Below, in pieces: positions 1 to 9,197 of a DNA stretch of 64,000 bases. Source of the stretch: Candidatus Nomurabacteria bacterium GW2011_GWE1_32_28. Lineage in GTDB: Bacteria > Patescibacteriota > Minisyncoccia > Phycocordibacterales > UBA9973. The position numbers were made by a program, and so were the translations under genes. The notes under the pieces are model-generated. The model did not search any database and was not told where the DNA came from. It saw only the letters and a list, made by a program, of their open reading frames with translations. The DNA lies in contig LBOM01000002.1 in NCBI GenBank assembly GCA_000989515.1, positions 5,453-69,452 of the forward strand, in the 5' to 3' direction. Numbering within the stretch: position 1 is the first letter of the stretch; every line of letters begins with the position of its first letter.

Positions 1-2
1 TT

Positions 3-1298
3 TGTCTTTTATTTTTTATGTCAGGCAAATTTATAGGTCCTGTTTTGCCAGACATGTTGGGCATATCTAATACAGAAGTTAGACCTTCTTTTGGAGCTAC
101 CATATCAGTGACTAAAGGAGCTATTATAGAAAATCCAATTTTAGGAGTAGGTCCAAATAAATTTGGAGAAGTTTGGTCAATGTATAAATCAGAAGCTATT
201 AACTCTACTCAATTTTGGAATACTTCTTTTAATTCTGGTTCTGGTCTGTTGCCAACTTTTGCTTCTACTACTGGGTCATTGGGTATCTTGGCTTGGATTG
301 CATTTTTTGTTTTATTTTTGATTGCAGGTTTGAAATCTCTGTTTTCTAGTATAAAAGATAGTATGAGTTGGGAAGTAATGATATTCTTTGTAGCATCTTT
401 CTATCTATTCGTCTCATCTTTCTTTTATTCTACAGGTAGTGTGATGTTCTTATTGGCTTTTGCGTTTACTGGTATATTTATAGGTTTATCTTCTTCGAAT
501 AATCCAGATAAAGAAATCTCTATGTCATTTTTAGATGACCCTAGAAAAAGCTTTTTCTCTATACTTATCCTTGTTGTTCTTATGATTATTTCTGCAGCAA
601 CTGGATTTAAATACATAGAACGTTTGGCTTCTGTTTCTTATTATGGAAAAACACTTTCTGCTACAACTATTCCAGATGCAGAAGATTTTATAAGTAGAGC
701 TATTTCATTACATCAAAATGATTTATATTTACGTACTTATGCACAAGTTTATCTTACAAAAATTAATTCAATAGTATCAAAAGAAGCTTCTTCTCTTTCA
801 GAAACAGACAAAGCAGATTTACAATCAAGTTTTGATCAAGCAGTAAATAGTGCAAAATTAGCAGTTTCTTATGATAAGACAAATTATCTAAATTATGATT
901 TATTAGGATCTGTCTACCACACTGTTGGTTCACTTGGAGTAAAGGATGTTTATTCAAAAGCTATTGAAGCATATCAATCAGCTTCAGTTCTTAACCCATT
1001 AAATCCTAGAATAAAACTTTCGATAGGGCAAGTATTTTCTGCAGATGGAAAAACAAAAGAAGCTAGAGATTATATCAAAGAAGCTCTTTCTCTAAAACCT
1101 GATTATATTGATGCATTGATTACTATTTCTCAGATAGAAAAAAGTGCTGGAAATAATTCTCTTGCTATCTCTTATGCAGAAACTGCGTTATCTTTAATTC
1201 CTGATAATAAAGATTTAATTCAGTATGTTAGCTCTTTAAAGAACGGAACTTCTTCAGTGGCTCCTGTCATAAAAGATGACACTACTAAAAAAAACTAA
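3..1298 (+). CDS. O-antigen ligase-like membrane protein with C-terminal TPR repeats (5' end lies before the window)
   Basis: Frame is open to the window edge; NPILGVGPNKF loop typical of Wzy_C/O-antigen ligase; several TM helices followed by TPR-like helices (AIEAYQSASVLNP, ALSLKPDY). Confidence 0.7.
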   Translation, partial: CLLFFMSGKFIGPVLPDMLGISNTEVRPSFGATISVTKGAIIENPILGVGPNKFGEVWSMYKSEAINSTQFWNTSFNSGSGLLPTFASTTGSLGILAWIAFFVLFLIAGLKSLFSSIKDSMSWEVMIFFVASFYLFVSSFFYSTGSVMFLLAFAFTGIFIGLSSSNNPDKEISMSFLDDPRKSFFSILILVVLMIISAATGFKYIERLASVSYYGKTLSATTIPDAEDFISRAISLHQNDLYLRTYAQVYLTKINSIVSKEASSLSETDKADLQSSFDQAVNSAKLAVSYDKTNYLNYDLLGSVYHTVGSLGVKDVYSKAIEAYQSASVLNPLNPRIKLSIGQVFSADGKTKEARDYIKEALSLKPDYIDALITISQIEKSAGNNSLAISYAETALSLIPDNKDLIQYVSSLKNGTSSVAPVIKDDTTKKN

Positions 1299-1313
1299 TA
1301 ATAAATAAAAAAA

Positions 1314-2993
1314 ATGCAGAGGATCCTAAAAATTTTCAGTAAGGAATATGTAAACATAAACCAAGCTGCATTACTTTTAGGATCTTTTACATTTCTTTCT
1401 CAGATTCTAGCACTTTTTCGTGATAGATTTATTGCTCATTTTATTGGGCCATCTGCTAGTCTTGATGCTTATTATGCTGCTTTTCGTGTTCCAGATTTAA
1501 TTTTTATTTCTATTGCATCTCTTGCTTCAATAACTGTACTTATACCTTTTATTGTAGGGAAAATGAAAGATGAAAAAGTCACAGAAGAAGCACGCAAATT
1601 ATTAAGTGATGTTTTTACTGTTTTTTTTATAACAATGATAGTAATTTCCGTCATTGCTTTTTTTCTTATGCCTTATATTATATCTATTGTAACACCAGGT
1701 TTTAGCTTAGATATGCAGACAAAGGTTGTTTTGTTTTCACGAATTATGTTACTTTCTCCAATCTTAATGGGTCTTTCAAATCTTTTTGGTACAATAACTC
1801 AACTTTTTCGCAAATTCTTTATTTATTCTCTTAGTCCTATTTTTTATAATATAGGTATTATATTGGGTATTGTTTTTTTATATCCTATTTTTGGAATATA
1901 TGGTTTAGTCTTTGGTGTTGTTATTGGTGCATTTATGCATTTTTTAATTCAAGTTTTTGCTTCTTTCGGTTGTGGTTTTAAACCTAAATTTTCTTTTGAT
2001 ATTGATTTTAAGGAAATAAAAAAGATAGCGCTTACTTCTTTACCAAGAACCTTAGGACTTTCATTTAATAATATTGCGCTCATTTCCATAATTGCTTTTG
2101 CGTCTTATTTATCAAGTGGTTCTATTTCTATTTTTAATTTATCATTTAATCTTCAATCTGTCCCGCTTAATATTATTGGAATATCTTACGCTGTAGCTGC
2201 ATTTCCAACTTTAGTAAAATCTTTTGATCGTGGTATAAAAAGTGAATTTAGGGAACATTTAAAGTCTACTGCGCGACAGATTGTATTTTGGTCTCTTCCA
2301 GTAATATTTCTTTTTATAGTGCTTCGTGCTCAGATAGTACGTGTGATACTTGGTTCTGGTTATTTCTCTTGGGATAATACACGTCTTGTAGCTGCTTCAT
2401 TAGCAATTTTTTCTGTATCAGTTTTGTCTCAAGGTATGGTGGCTCTTTTGTCTCGTGTTTATTATGCTACAGGTGAGACAAAACGTCCTTTGTACGTAAA
2501 TTTATTTTCTTCTATCCTGATTATTGTTTTAGCCTATCTTTTTATTAAAATTTTCGAGAATATACCACTTTTCCATTATTTTATAGAATCTATTTTGAAA
2601 GTTGAAAATATTCCTGGTACTGAAGTTTTAATGCTTCCACTTGCATATTCTAGTGGTACTATTATTAATAGTATTTTGCATTGGTATTTTATTAGGAGAG
2701 ATTTTATGAATCATGAATCTTTTATTACTAAAACTTTTTTTCAAAGCCTAGGAGCTTCTTTTTTAATTGGTGTTATAACTTATTTAAGTTTAAATATTTT
2801 TTCTCCAATATTTGGAATGGATACTTTCTTGGGAGTATTTTTACAAGGATTTATATCAGGAATTTTAGGTATTTGTTCTGGTATTATAATATTGTATATT
2901 TTAAGAAATGAAGAATTTTTAAGTCTAATACAAACTCTTAAAACTAAGTTTTGGCGTTCTGATATATTAGTTTCTCCACAAGAGGAGCTTTAA
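1314..2993 (+). CDS. murJ: Lipid II flippase MurJ (MviN)
   Basis: SQILALFRDRFIAHFIG...DAYYAAFRVPDLIF N-terminal signature; ~14 TM segments. Confidence 0.9.
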   Translation: MQRILKIFSKEYVNINQAALLLGSFTFLSQILALFRDRFIAHFIGPSASLDAYYAAFRVPDLIFISIASLASITVLIPFIVGKMKDEKVTEEARKLLSDVFTVFFITMIVISVIAFFLMPYIISIVTPGFSLDMQTKVVLFSRIMLLSPILMGLSNLFGTITQLFRKFFIYSLSPIFYNIGIILGIVFLYPIFGIYGLVFGVVIGAFMHFLIQVFASFGCGFKPKFSFDIDFKEIKKIALTSLPRTLGLSFNNIALISIIAFASYLSSGSISIFNLSFNLQSVPLNIIGISYAVAAFPTLVKSFDRGIKSEFREHLKSTARQIVFWSLPVIFLFIVLRAQIVRVILGSGYFSWDNTRLVAASLAIFSVSVLSQGMVALLSRVYYATGETKRPLYVNLFSSILIIVLAYLFIKIFENIPLFHYFIESILKVENIPGTEVLMLPLAYSSGTIINSILHWYFIRRDFMNHESFITKTFFQSLGASFLIGVITYLSLNIFSPIFGMDTFLGVFLQGFISGILGICSGIIILYILRNEEFLSLIQTLKTKFWRSDILVSPQEEL

Positions 2994-3032
2994 TTTTTTG
3001 GAATTGAAGTCTTTTTCTGTTAATATGAATTT

Positions 3033-4895
3033 ATGAATTTAAAATATATTAGGAATTTTAGCATAATAGCTCATATCGACCATGGTAAAAGTACTTTGGC
3101 TGATCGAATGCTTGAAACAACCCATACTATACCACAGCGTAAAATGCGTGATCAGGTTCTTGACTCTATGGAGCTTGAACGTGAACGTGGTATTACCATA
3201 AAAATGCAACCAGTAAGGATGGAGTATGTAATTACGGATGATAAATTAGGGATTATAAATGGAGGAAAAAAAGAAGAAACTAAATATATATTAAACCTGA
3301 TTGACACCCCTGGGCATATAGATTTCTCTTATGAAGTTTCGAGAGCATTGAAGGCAGTGGAAGGCTCTATTTTATTAGTAGATTCAACACAAGGTGTTCA
3401 GGCACAGACATTAACAACACTTAATATGGCACGAGAAGGAGGTATAAAAATAATTCCTGTGTTATCTAAGATAGATTCACCACTTGCGCGTGTAGATGAA
3501 GTAACAAAAGAAGTTGTAGAACTTTTAAATTGTGATCCGAATGAAATACTTTTTGTTTCTGGGCGTACTGGTGAAGGAGTAGAAAATCTTTTACAAGAAA
3601 TCATAAAACGTGTTCCACCACCAGTAGAAAATTATTTAGGAGAAAATGTCTTACGTGCACTTGTTTTTGATTTTAAATATTCTTCTCATAGGGGGGTTAT
3701 AGTTTTTATTAGATTACTTGATGGAAAGGTAAAAAAGGGAGAGAGTTTGATATTTTCAGTATCAGGTGAGAAGTTTATTTCTCTTGAAGTTGGTACTTTT
3801 TCTCCTGAAGAAACTCCACGAGAATATTTGGAGGCTGGAGATACTGGATATATTGTTACAGGGATAAAGAGACCTGGTATAGCTTCTGTTGGTGATACGA
3901 TAACTAAAGAAAAAAATCCATTACCAGCATTATCTGGATATATGCAACCATTACCTGTTGTTTGGGCTTCTGTTTTTCCAGAAGATGCCGATGATTTTTT
4001 AGAACTTAAAATGTCTTTAGGAAAGTTAAGGCTTTCTGATTCATCTTTTTCTTACGAAGAAGAATCTTCTGGATCATTGGGACGAGGTTTTAGGTGTGGT
4101 TTCCTTGGCATGTTGCATTTAGAGATAATTACAGAAAGATTAAAACGAGAATTTAATTTAATGTTGGTCATAACCACACCTTCTATTACGTATGAAGTTT
4201 TATTAAAAAATCCTTCATCTAATTTAGGGCAAGTTGGTAAAAAGGTAAAGATTTACTCGCCATATTTTTTCCCAGATGATGGAAATATAGATACAGTATT
4301 TGAACCCTGGGTAGATTTAAAAATAATTTCACCAATAAAATTTATAGGTAATATAATGCAACTCCTGTTTGACCATGAAGCAGAAATAGGTGAGACAGAT
4401 AATTTCGGAAACAATCGTTCTTCTATATCTGTCAAAATGCCACTTCGTGAACTTATGCGTAATTTCTTTGATGAGCTAAAGAGTGTCTCTTCTGGTTATG
4501 GATCTATCTCTTATGAGATAGATGATATGAGAAAAGCTAATGTTACGAGACTAGATATACTGGTTGCCGATGAGATAGTGCCAGCTTTTTCTAGAGTTGT
4601 TTCCAAAAGAAGAGCAGAAGAAGAAGCTGAAAATGTAGTTGAAAAATTACATAGTATATTGCCAAGACAGATGTTTACTACCAAGATCCAAGGTAAAGCA
4701 TTAGGACGAATAATATCATCTCGTACAATACAAGCATTTAGTAAAGATGTGACTCAACACATGTATGGGGGAGATGTTACTCGTAAAAATAAACTTAGAG
4801 ATAAGCAAAAGAAAGGTAAAAAGAAAATGAAAGAACGTGGAAGAGTAAACATTCCACAAGATGTATTTTTGAAAATGATGCGTTCTGGTGAGTAG
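3033..4895 (+). CDS. lepA: Elongation factor 4
   Basis: IRNFSIIAHIDHGKSTLADR, NLIDTPGH, GFRCGFLGMLH, C-terminal YGGDVTRKNKL..KQKKGKKKMK. Confidence 0.97.
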   Translation: MNLKYIRNFSIIAHIDHGKSTLADRMLETTHTIPQRKMRDQVLDSMELERERGITIKMQPVRMEYVITDDKLGIINGGKKEETKYILNLIDTPGHIDFSYEVSRALKAVEGSILLVDSTQGVQAQTLTTLNMAREGGIKIIPVLSKIDSPLARVDEVTKEVVELLNCDPNEILFVSGRTGEGVENLLQEIIKRVPPPVENYLGENVLRALVFDFKYSSHRGVIVFIRLLDGKVKKGESLIFSVSGEKFISLEVGTFSPEETPREYLEAGDTGYIVTGIKRPGIASVGDTITKEKNPLPALSGYMQPLPVVWASVFPEDADDFLELKMSLGKLRLSDSSFSYEEESSGSLGRGFRCGFLGMLHLEIITERLKREFNLMLVITTPSITYEVLLKNPSSNLGQVGKKVKIYSPYFFPDDGNIDTVFEPWVDLKIISPIKFIGNIMQLLFDHEAEIGETDNFGNNRSSISVKMPLRELMRNFFDELKSVSSGYGSISYEIDDMRKANVTRLDILVADEIVPAFSRVVSKRRAEEEAENVVEKLHSILPRQMFTTKIQGKALGRIISSRTIQAFSKDVTQHMYGGDVTRKNKLRDKQKKGKKKMKERGRVNIPQDVFLKMMRSGE

Positions 4896-4913
4896 CAAAA
4901 TTGTAGATTTTTA

Positions 4914-4987
4914 TTTAGAAAGCCTTGGTAGGAGCGGCGGCGACGGACAGAGAAAATTTTTAGTAAAAAATTTTTGTGTTTTATAAA
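4914..4987 (+). repeat. Dispersed 74-bp element, family A, copy 1
   Basis: 71/74 identical to the reverse complement of 60521-60594; GC-rich core and imperfect terminal inverted ends (TTTAGAAAGC...GTTTTATAAA). Confidence 0.9.
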
Positions 4988-5149
4988 TGATAATCTATAA
5001 TTTTGTCTAGATATTTACTTTAGTACTAAAATATAGGGGAATAAAGTAAAATCATACTTATTATTATCAATACAACAAGTACTGACCAAATTGCCTGAAT
5101 TTTTTTTTGGTGTTTTTTATTGAAAAACATACTATAATAATATCATATT

Positions 5150-5527
5150 ATGAGAAATTTTCAAAAAAGAGGGAAGTTGAAAAATATTATGCAGTCAACC
5201 CCTTTTTTGATATTTCTAGGTTTTTTTATTGTTATTTTCTTTTTCAGTATTTTTAATTTTATGAATAAAATGGAAGAAACAAGAAAAAATAGAGAAACAG
5301 TTGAACAAAAAATAAAAGAATTAGAAGAATCAAAAGAAAAACTTGATTTAAAAATTTTAAAATTAAACACAGAGAGGGGTGTAGAGGAAAACATAAGAGA
5401 GAAATTTGGATTAGCAAAAGAAGGAGAGAATATGATTTTGGTTGTAGAAGAGATAGAGCCTGAGATAGTAGAAAAAAAGATTGAGTCTAGCGGTTTTTGG
5501 AGTTTTTTGAGAAATTTGTTCAAGTAA
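5150..5527 (+). CDS. Septum formation initiator (FtsB/DivIC family)
   Basis: Single N-terminal TM, coiled coil, then VEENIREKFGLAKEGE motif. Confidence 0.8.
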   Translation: MRNFQKRGKLKNIMQSTPFLIFLGFFIVIFFFSIFNFMNKMEETRKNRETVEQKIKELEESKEKLDLKILKLNTERGVEENIREKFGLAKEGENMILVVEEIEPEIVEKKIESSGFWSFLRNLFK

Positions 5528-5549
5528 CTCTTTATGATACAATATAGAT

Positions 5550-6518
5550 ATGAAAATAGCATTTTTTGAAGTTTCTAAAACAAGACAAGATTTTTTAAGA
5601 GAGTTTTTTAATGGGGAAGATGTTTCTTTTTTTGAAGAGAAATTAAATGAGAGCAATGTTGATCTTGTAAAAGATGTTGATGTTGTTTCAGTTTTTGTAG
5701 ATTCAGATTTAAATAAAAATGTTATTGAAAAAATTCCTAATTTGAAATTTATAGCTACACAATCCACAGGTTTTAATCATATTGATTGTGAATATGCTTT
5801 TTCTAAGGGTATTAAAGTTTCTAATGTTCCTGCTTATGGTTCTCATACGGTAGCCGAATTTGCTTTTGGATTGATCTTAAATCTTTCTAGAAATATTTAT
5901 AGTGCAAATGCTTATCTTAGAGAAACGCTTGATTATAATTATTTTCCATGGATGGAAGGTTTTAATCTTGAGGGTAAAACTATCGGAGTTATTGGCACTG
6001 GTAAGATTGGTAAAAATGTTGTCAAAATAGCTAAAGGTTTTGAGATGAATGTCTTAGCTTATGATTTATATCCAGACATTGATTTTGCTAAAGAAAATAA
6101 TTTTGAATATAAGGATTTTGATGAAGTACTTTCTAAGTCTGACATTATTACACTACATGCACCATATACAGAAGAGAATCATCATCTTATAAAAAAAGAA
6201 AATATTTTAAAAATGAAAAAAGGTGTTTATTTAATAAATACTGCAAGAGGAGAACTTGTCGAGACAGAAGCACTTGTTTGGGGACTTGAAGAAAAGATTA
6301 TTGCTGGTGCTGGACTCGATGTCTTAGAGGGTGTAAAACAATTAAAAGATGATAAAAATATGACTATTTTAAATCATAAGCTCATGAAAATGCCAAATGT
6401 AATAGTCTCTCCCCATATGGCCTTTTTTACACGTGAAGCTGTTCTTTCTATAATGCAGACGACAGTTGATAATATAAAAGGTTTCTTGTCTGATAATTTA
6501 CAGAATTTAGTTAAATAA
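5550..6518 (+). CDS. D-2-hydroxyacid dehydrogenase (D-lactate DH / hydroxypyruvate reductase family)
   Basis: GVIGTGKIG Rossmann motif, INTARG, GAGLDVLE, SPHMAFFT. Confidence 0.9.
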   Translation: MKIAFFEVSKTRQDFLREFFNGEDVSFFEEKLNESNVDLVKDVDVVSVFVDSDLNKNVIEKIPNLKFIATQSTGFNHIDCEYAFSKGIKVSNVPAYGSHTVAEFAFGLILNLSRNIYSANAYLRETLDYNYFPWMEGFNLEGKTIGVIGTGKIGKNVVKIAKGFEMNVLAYDLYPDIDFAKENNFEYKDFDEVLSKSDIITLHAPYTEENHHLIKKENILKMKKGVYLINTARGELVETEALVWGLEEKIIAGAGLDVLEGVKQLKDDKNMTILNHKLMKMPNVIVSPHMAFFTREAVLSIMQTTVDNIKGFLSDNLQNLVK

Positions 6519-6519
6519 T

Positions 6520-7794
6520 ATGGAAAAACGTTGTATTAAAAATTTTGATGAATTAGCAATAACTCCAAATCGTAAAATAGTATTAGAGATAATGGAAGCT
6601 GGATATGCTGCTGTTAGCACAGAAAAGGTTATAGACTCTTCTATTTTTATTGTTGGTAATGTTTTAACTATAAAAGGAAAAGAATTTAATTTATCTAAAT
6701 TCAAAAATATTAAAATTGTTGGTTTTGGTAAGTCTTCATGTGAGGCTGCACTCTCATTAGAAAAAATTTTAGGAGATAGAATTAATGAGGGAGTCGTAAT
6801 CGGACTTGAAAAAGTCGTATCTGAAAACATAGAGACTTTTGCTGGAACTCATCCAAGACCATCTGAAATGAACATAGAGGCTGGAAAGAAAATATATGAA
6901 CTTGTCGAACAAGCAAATGAAGATGATCTTATAATAGTACTTGTTTCTGGTGGTGGCTCTGCTCTTCTTTGTTATCCTGAAAATGAATATATACAAGGTG
7001 CAAAACTTTATGATTCATTTTTAGAGTCCGGTAAAACTATAAGTCAGATAAATACAGTTAGGAAACATATTTCTCTTTTAAAAGGTGGTGGTTTGGCTAA
7101 AGTGGCTTATCCAGCGACAGTTGTTGGGCTTATTTTTTCTGATGTTCCTGGTGATGCATTTGGAGACGTCGCTTCTGGTCCGACTTATAAAGATATGACT
7201 AGTATCAATGACGCTAAGCAAATAATTTTTAATAATAATCTAGGTGATTTTGATTTAGTTGAAACCACAAAAGAAGATAAATATTTTGAAAAAGTCTACA
7301 ATTTTGTTCTTGTTTCAAATAAAATTGCAGTAGAGGCTATGGCAAGAAAAGCACAAGAATTTGATTTGAAAATAAATATTGCTTCGACTGATTTGTATGA
7401 TGTAATAGATAGAGCTCTTGAAAAAATATTTATTTTAGAAAAAGATAATTCTATCGTTTTGGCTGCTGGCGAACCAAGCATACAAGTTAAAAATAAAGGA
7501 GGAAAAGGTGGCAGAAATCTCCACATGGGACTTTCTGTAATTAAGAAAAAACTCATAGATGAAAATTCTGTTTTTGTTTCGTTTGCATCTGACGGTATGG
7601 ATAATAGTAATGTAGCAGGAGCTATTATAGATAAGAATACAATAGAAAAAATAGAGAGATTAGGTTTAAATATTGATGATTATTTAGAAAGATTTGACTC
7701 TTATCCAGTATTCGAGAAATCTGGAGATGCTATAATGACAGGGCCTACTGGTGCAAATGTTTCAGACTTAATGATTCTTTTAACAAAGAAATAA
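6520..7794 (+). CDS. Glycerate 2-kinase (MOFRL/TtuD/GckA family)
   Basis: GFGKSS, LVSGGGSALL, NTVRKHISLLKGGGL, SDVPGD, ASGPT, GKGGRN, TGPTGANVSD. Confidence 0.92.
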   Translation: MEKRCIKNFDELAITPNRKIVLEIMEAGYAAVSTEKVIDSSIFIVGNVLTIKGKEFNLSKFKNIKIVGFGKSSCEAALSLEKILGDRINEGVVIGLEKVVSENIETFAGTHPRPSEMNIEAGKKIYELVEQANEDDLIIVLVSGGGSALLCYPENEYIQGAKLYDSFLESGKTISQINTVRKHISLLKGGGLAKVAYPATVVGLIFSDVPGDAFGDVASGPTYKDMTSINDAKQIIFNNNLGDFDLVETTKEDKYFEKVYNFVLVSNKIAVEAMARKAQEFDLKINIASTDLYDVIDRALEKIFILEKDNSIVLAAGEPSIQVKNKGGKGGRNLHMGLSVIKKKLIDENSVFVSFASDGMDNSNVAGAIIDKNTIEKIERLGLNIDDYLERFDSYPVFEKSGDAIMTGPTGANVSDLMILLTKK

Positions 7795-7853
7795 AAATAA
7801 TAGAAAATTCCTTAAGTTAACATATATGTTAGGTTAAGGAAGTTTAAAAAATT

Positions 7854-9074
7854 ATGGAAAATAAAATTACAAAAATTACAGCAGAAGAAATAAAAGATTC
7901 ACGAGGAAATCCAACATTTAAAGTCACTATCTTTTGTGGAGACAAATTTGATAGTTTTTCTGTGCCATCTGGTGCATCTACTGGGGTACATGAGGCGCAT
8001 GAATTAAGAGATCATGGTGGAAAAGGTATAACAAGTGCAATAGAAAAAATAAATAATATAATTTCTCCAGCATTAATCGGACAGGATGTTTTTAATCAAG
8101 AAGAAATTGATCGAATTATGATTAAATTAGATGGAACTTCTAATAAAGATAATCTAGGAGGTAATTCTATGATTGGTGTAAGTATCGCTTGTGCTAAAGT
8201 AGCTGCAAAAGTTTCTGGAATAGAGATATTTGAACATTTGCGTGCTTTGCGTGAAATAAAGCCATCTAAGAGAATTTCACATCTTTATATGAATTTGATA
8301 AATGGAGGAAAGCATGCTGAAAATAATTTAGCTTTTCAAGAATATCATGTTGTTTCAAATACTGATAATGCAACAGAGGCTCTTCAAAATGGAATTAAAA
8401 TACAGAATAGTTTAAAAGAAATTATTGAAAAAGAATTAGGAAAAGAATCTCTTGTGTTGGGTGACGAAGGTGGTTTTGCTCCCAAAATAAGTGATATTAA
8501 AAAACCACTTGAATATTTAACTAAAGCAATAAAAGAAAATAAACTAGAGTCCAAAGTTGGTCTTGCGCTCGATGTAGCTGCTTCTTCTTTTTATAAGAAT
8601 GGTTTGTACAATATTGGTAAAAAAAATATTTCAAAAGAAGAGTTAATGAATATATATGACTCTTTAATAGTTGAGTTTCCTATATTTTCTATTGAAGATC
8701 CATTTGAGGAAGAAGATTTTGAGAGTTTTAGAAAATTGAAAGAAAATAATAAAGATCTTTTTGTTGTTGGTGACGACCTAACTGTGACGAATAAAATTTT
8801 ATTAAAAAAAGCTTTAGAAAAAAATAGCATAAATGCAATGATTATAAAACCAAATCAAATAGGTACTTTAACGGAAACATTGGATACTATGCAACTAGCT
8901 AGGGAAAATGGGATAGAGCTTATCGTTAGTCATAGAAGTGGGGAAACTAATGATGATTTCATTGCTGATCTTGCGTTCGCATTTGGTTGTTTTGGTTTAA
9001 AATCTGGAGCCCCATTAAAACTTGAAAGAAAAGTTAAATATGATAGATTGATAAGAATTTCAGAAAGTTTTTAA
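7854..9074 (+). CDS. eno: Enolase
   Basis: DSRGNPT, VPSGASTG, GDEGGFAP, VGDDLTVTN, IKPNQIGTL, SHRSGET. Confidence 0.97.
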   Translation: MENKITKITAEEIKDSRGNPTFKVTIFCGDKFDSFSVPSGASTGVHEAHELRDHGGKGITSAIEKINNIISPALIGQDVFNQEEIDRIMIKLDGTSNKDNLGGNSMIGVSIACAKVAAKVSGIEIFEHLRALREIKPSKRISHLYMNLINGGKHAENNLAFQEYHVVSNTDNATEALQNGIKIQNSLKEIIEKELGKESLVLGDEGGFAPKISDIKKPLEYLTKAIKENKLESKVGLALDVAASSFYKNGLYNIGKKNISKEELMNIYDSLIVEFPIFSIEDPFEEEDFESFRKLKENNKDLFVVGDDLTVTNKILLKKALEKNSINAMIIKPNQIGTLTETLDTMQLARENGIELIVSHRSGETNDDFIADLAFAFGCFGLKSGAPLKLERKVKYDRLIRISESF

Positions 9075-9197
9075 AAGTTAAATTTAGAATAGTTGAGAGT
9101 ATTTATTTTTCATATAATTTGAATTATATTTGTATGCTATAATATCTTTCTATATGTTGAAAAGTATTAATTATTATTAATGTAAAAATAAAATCAT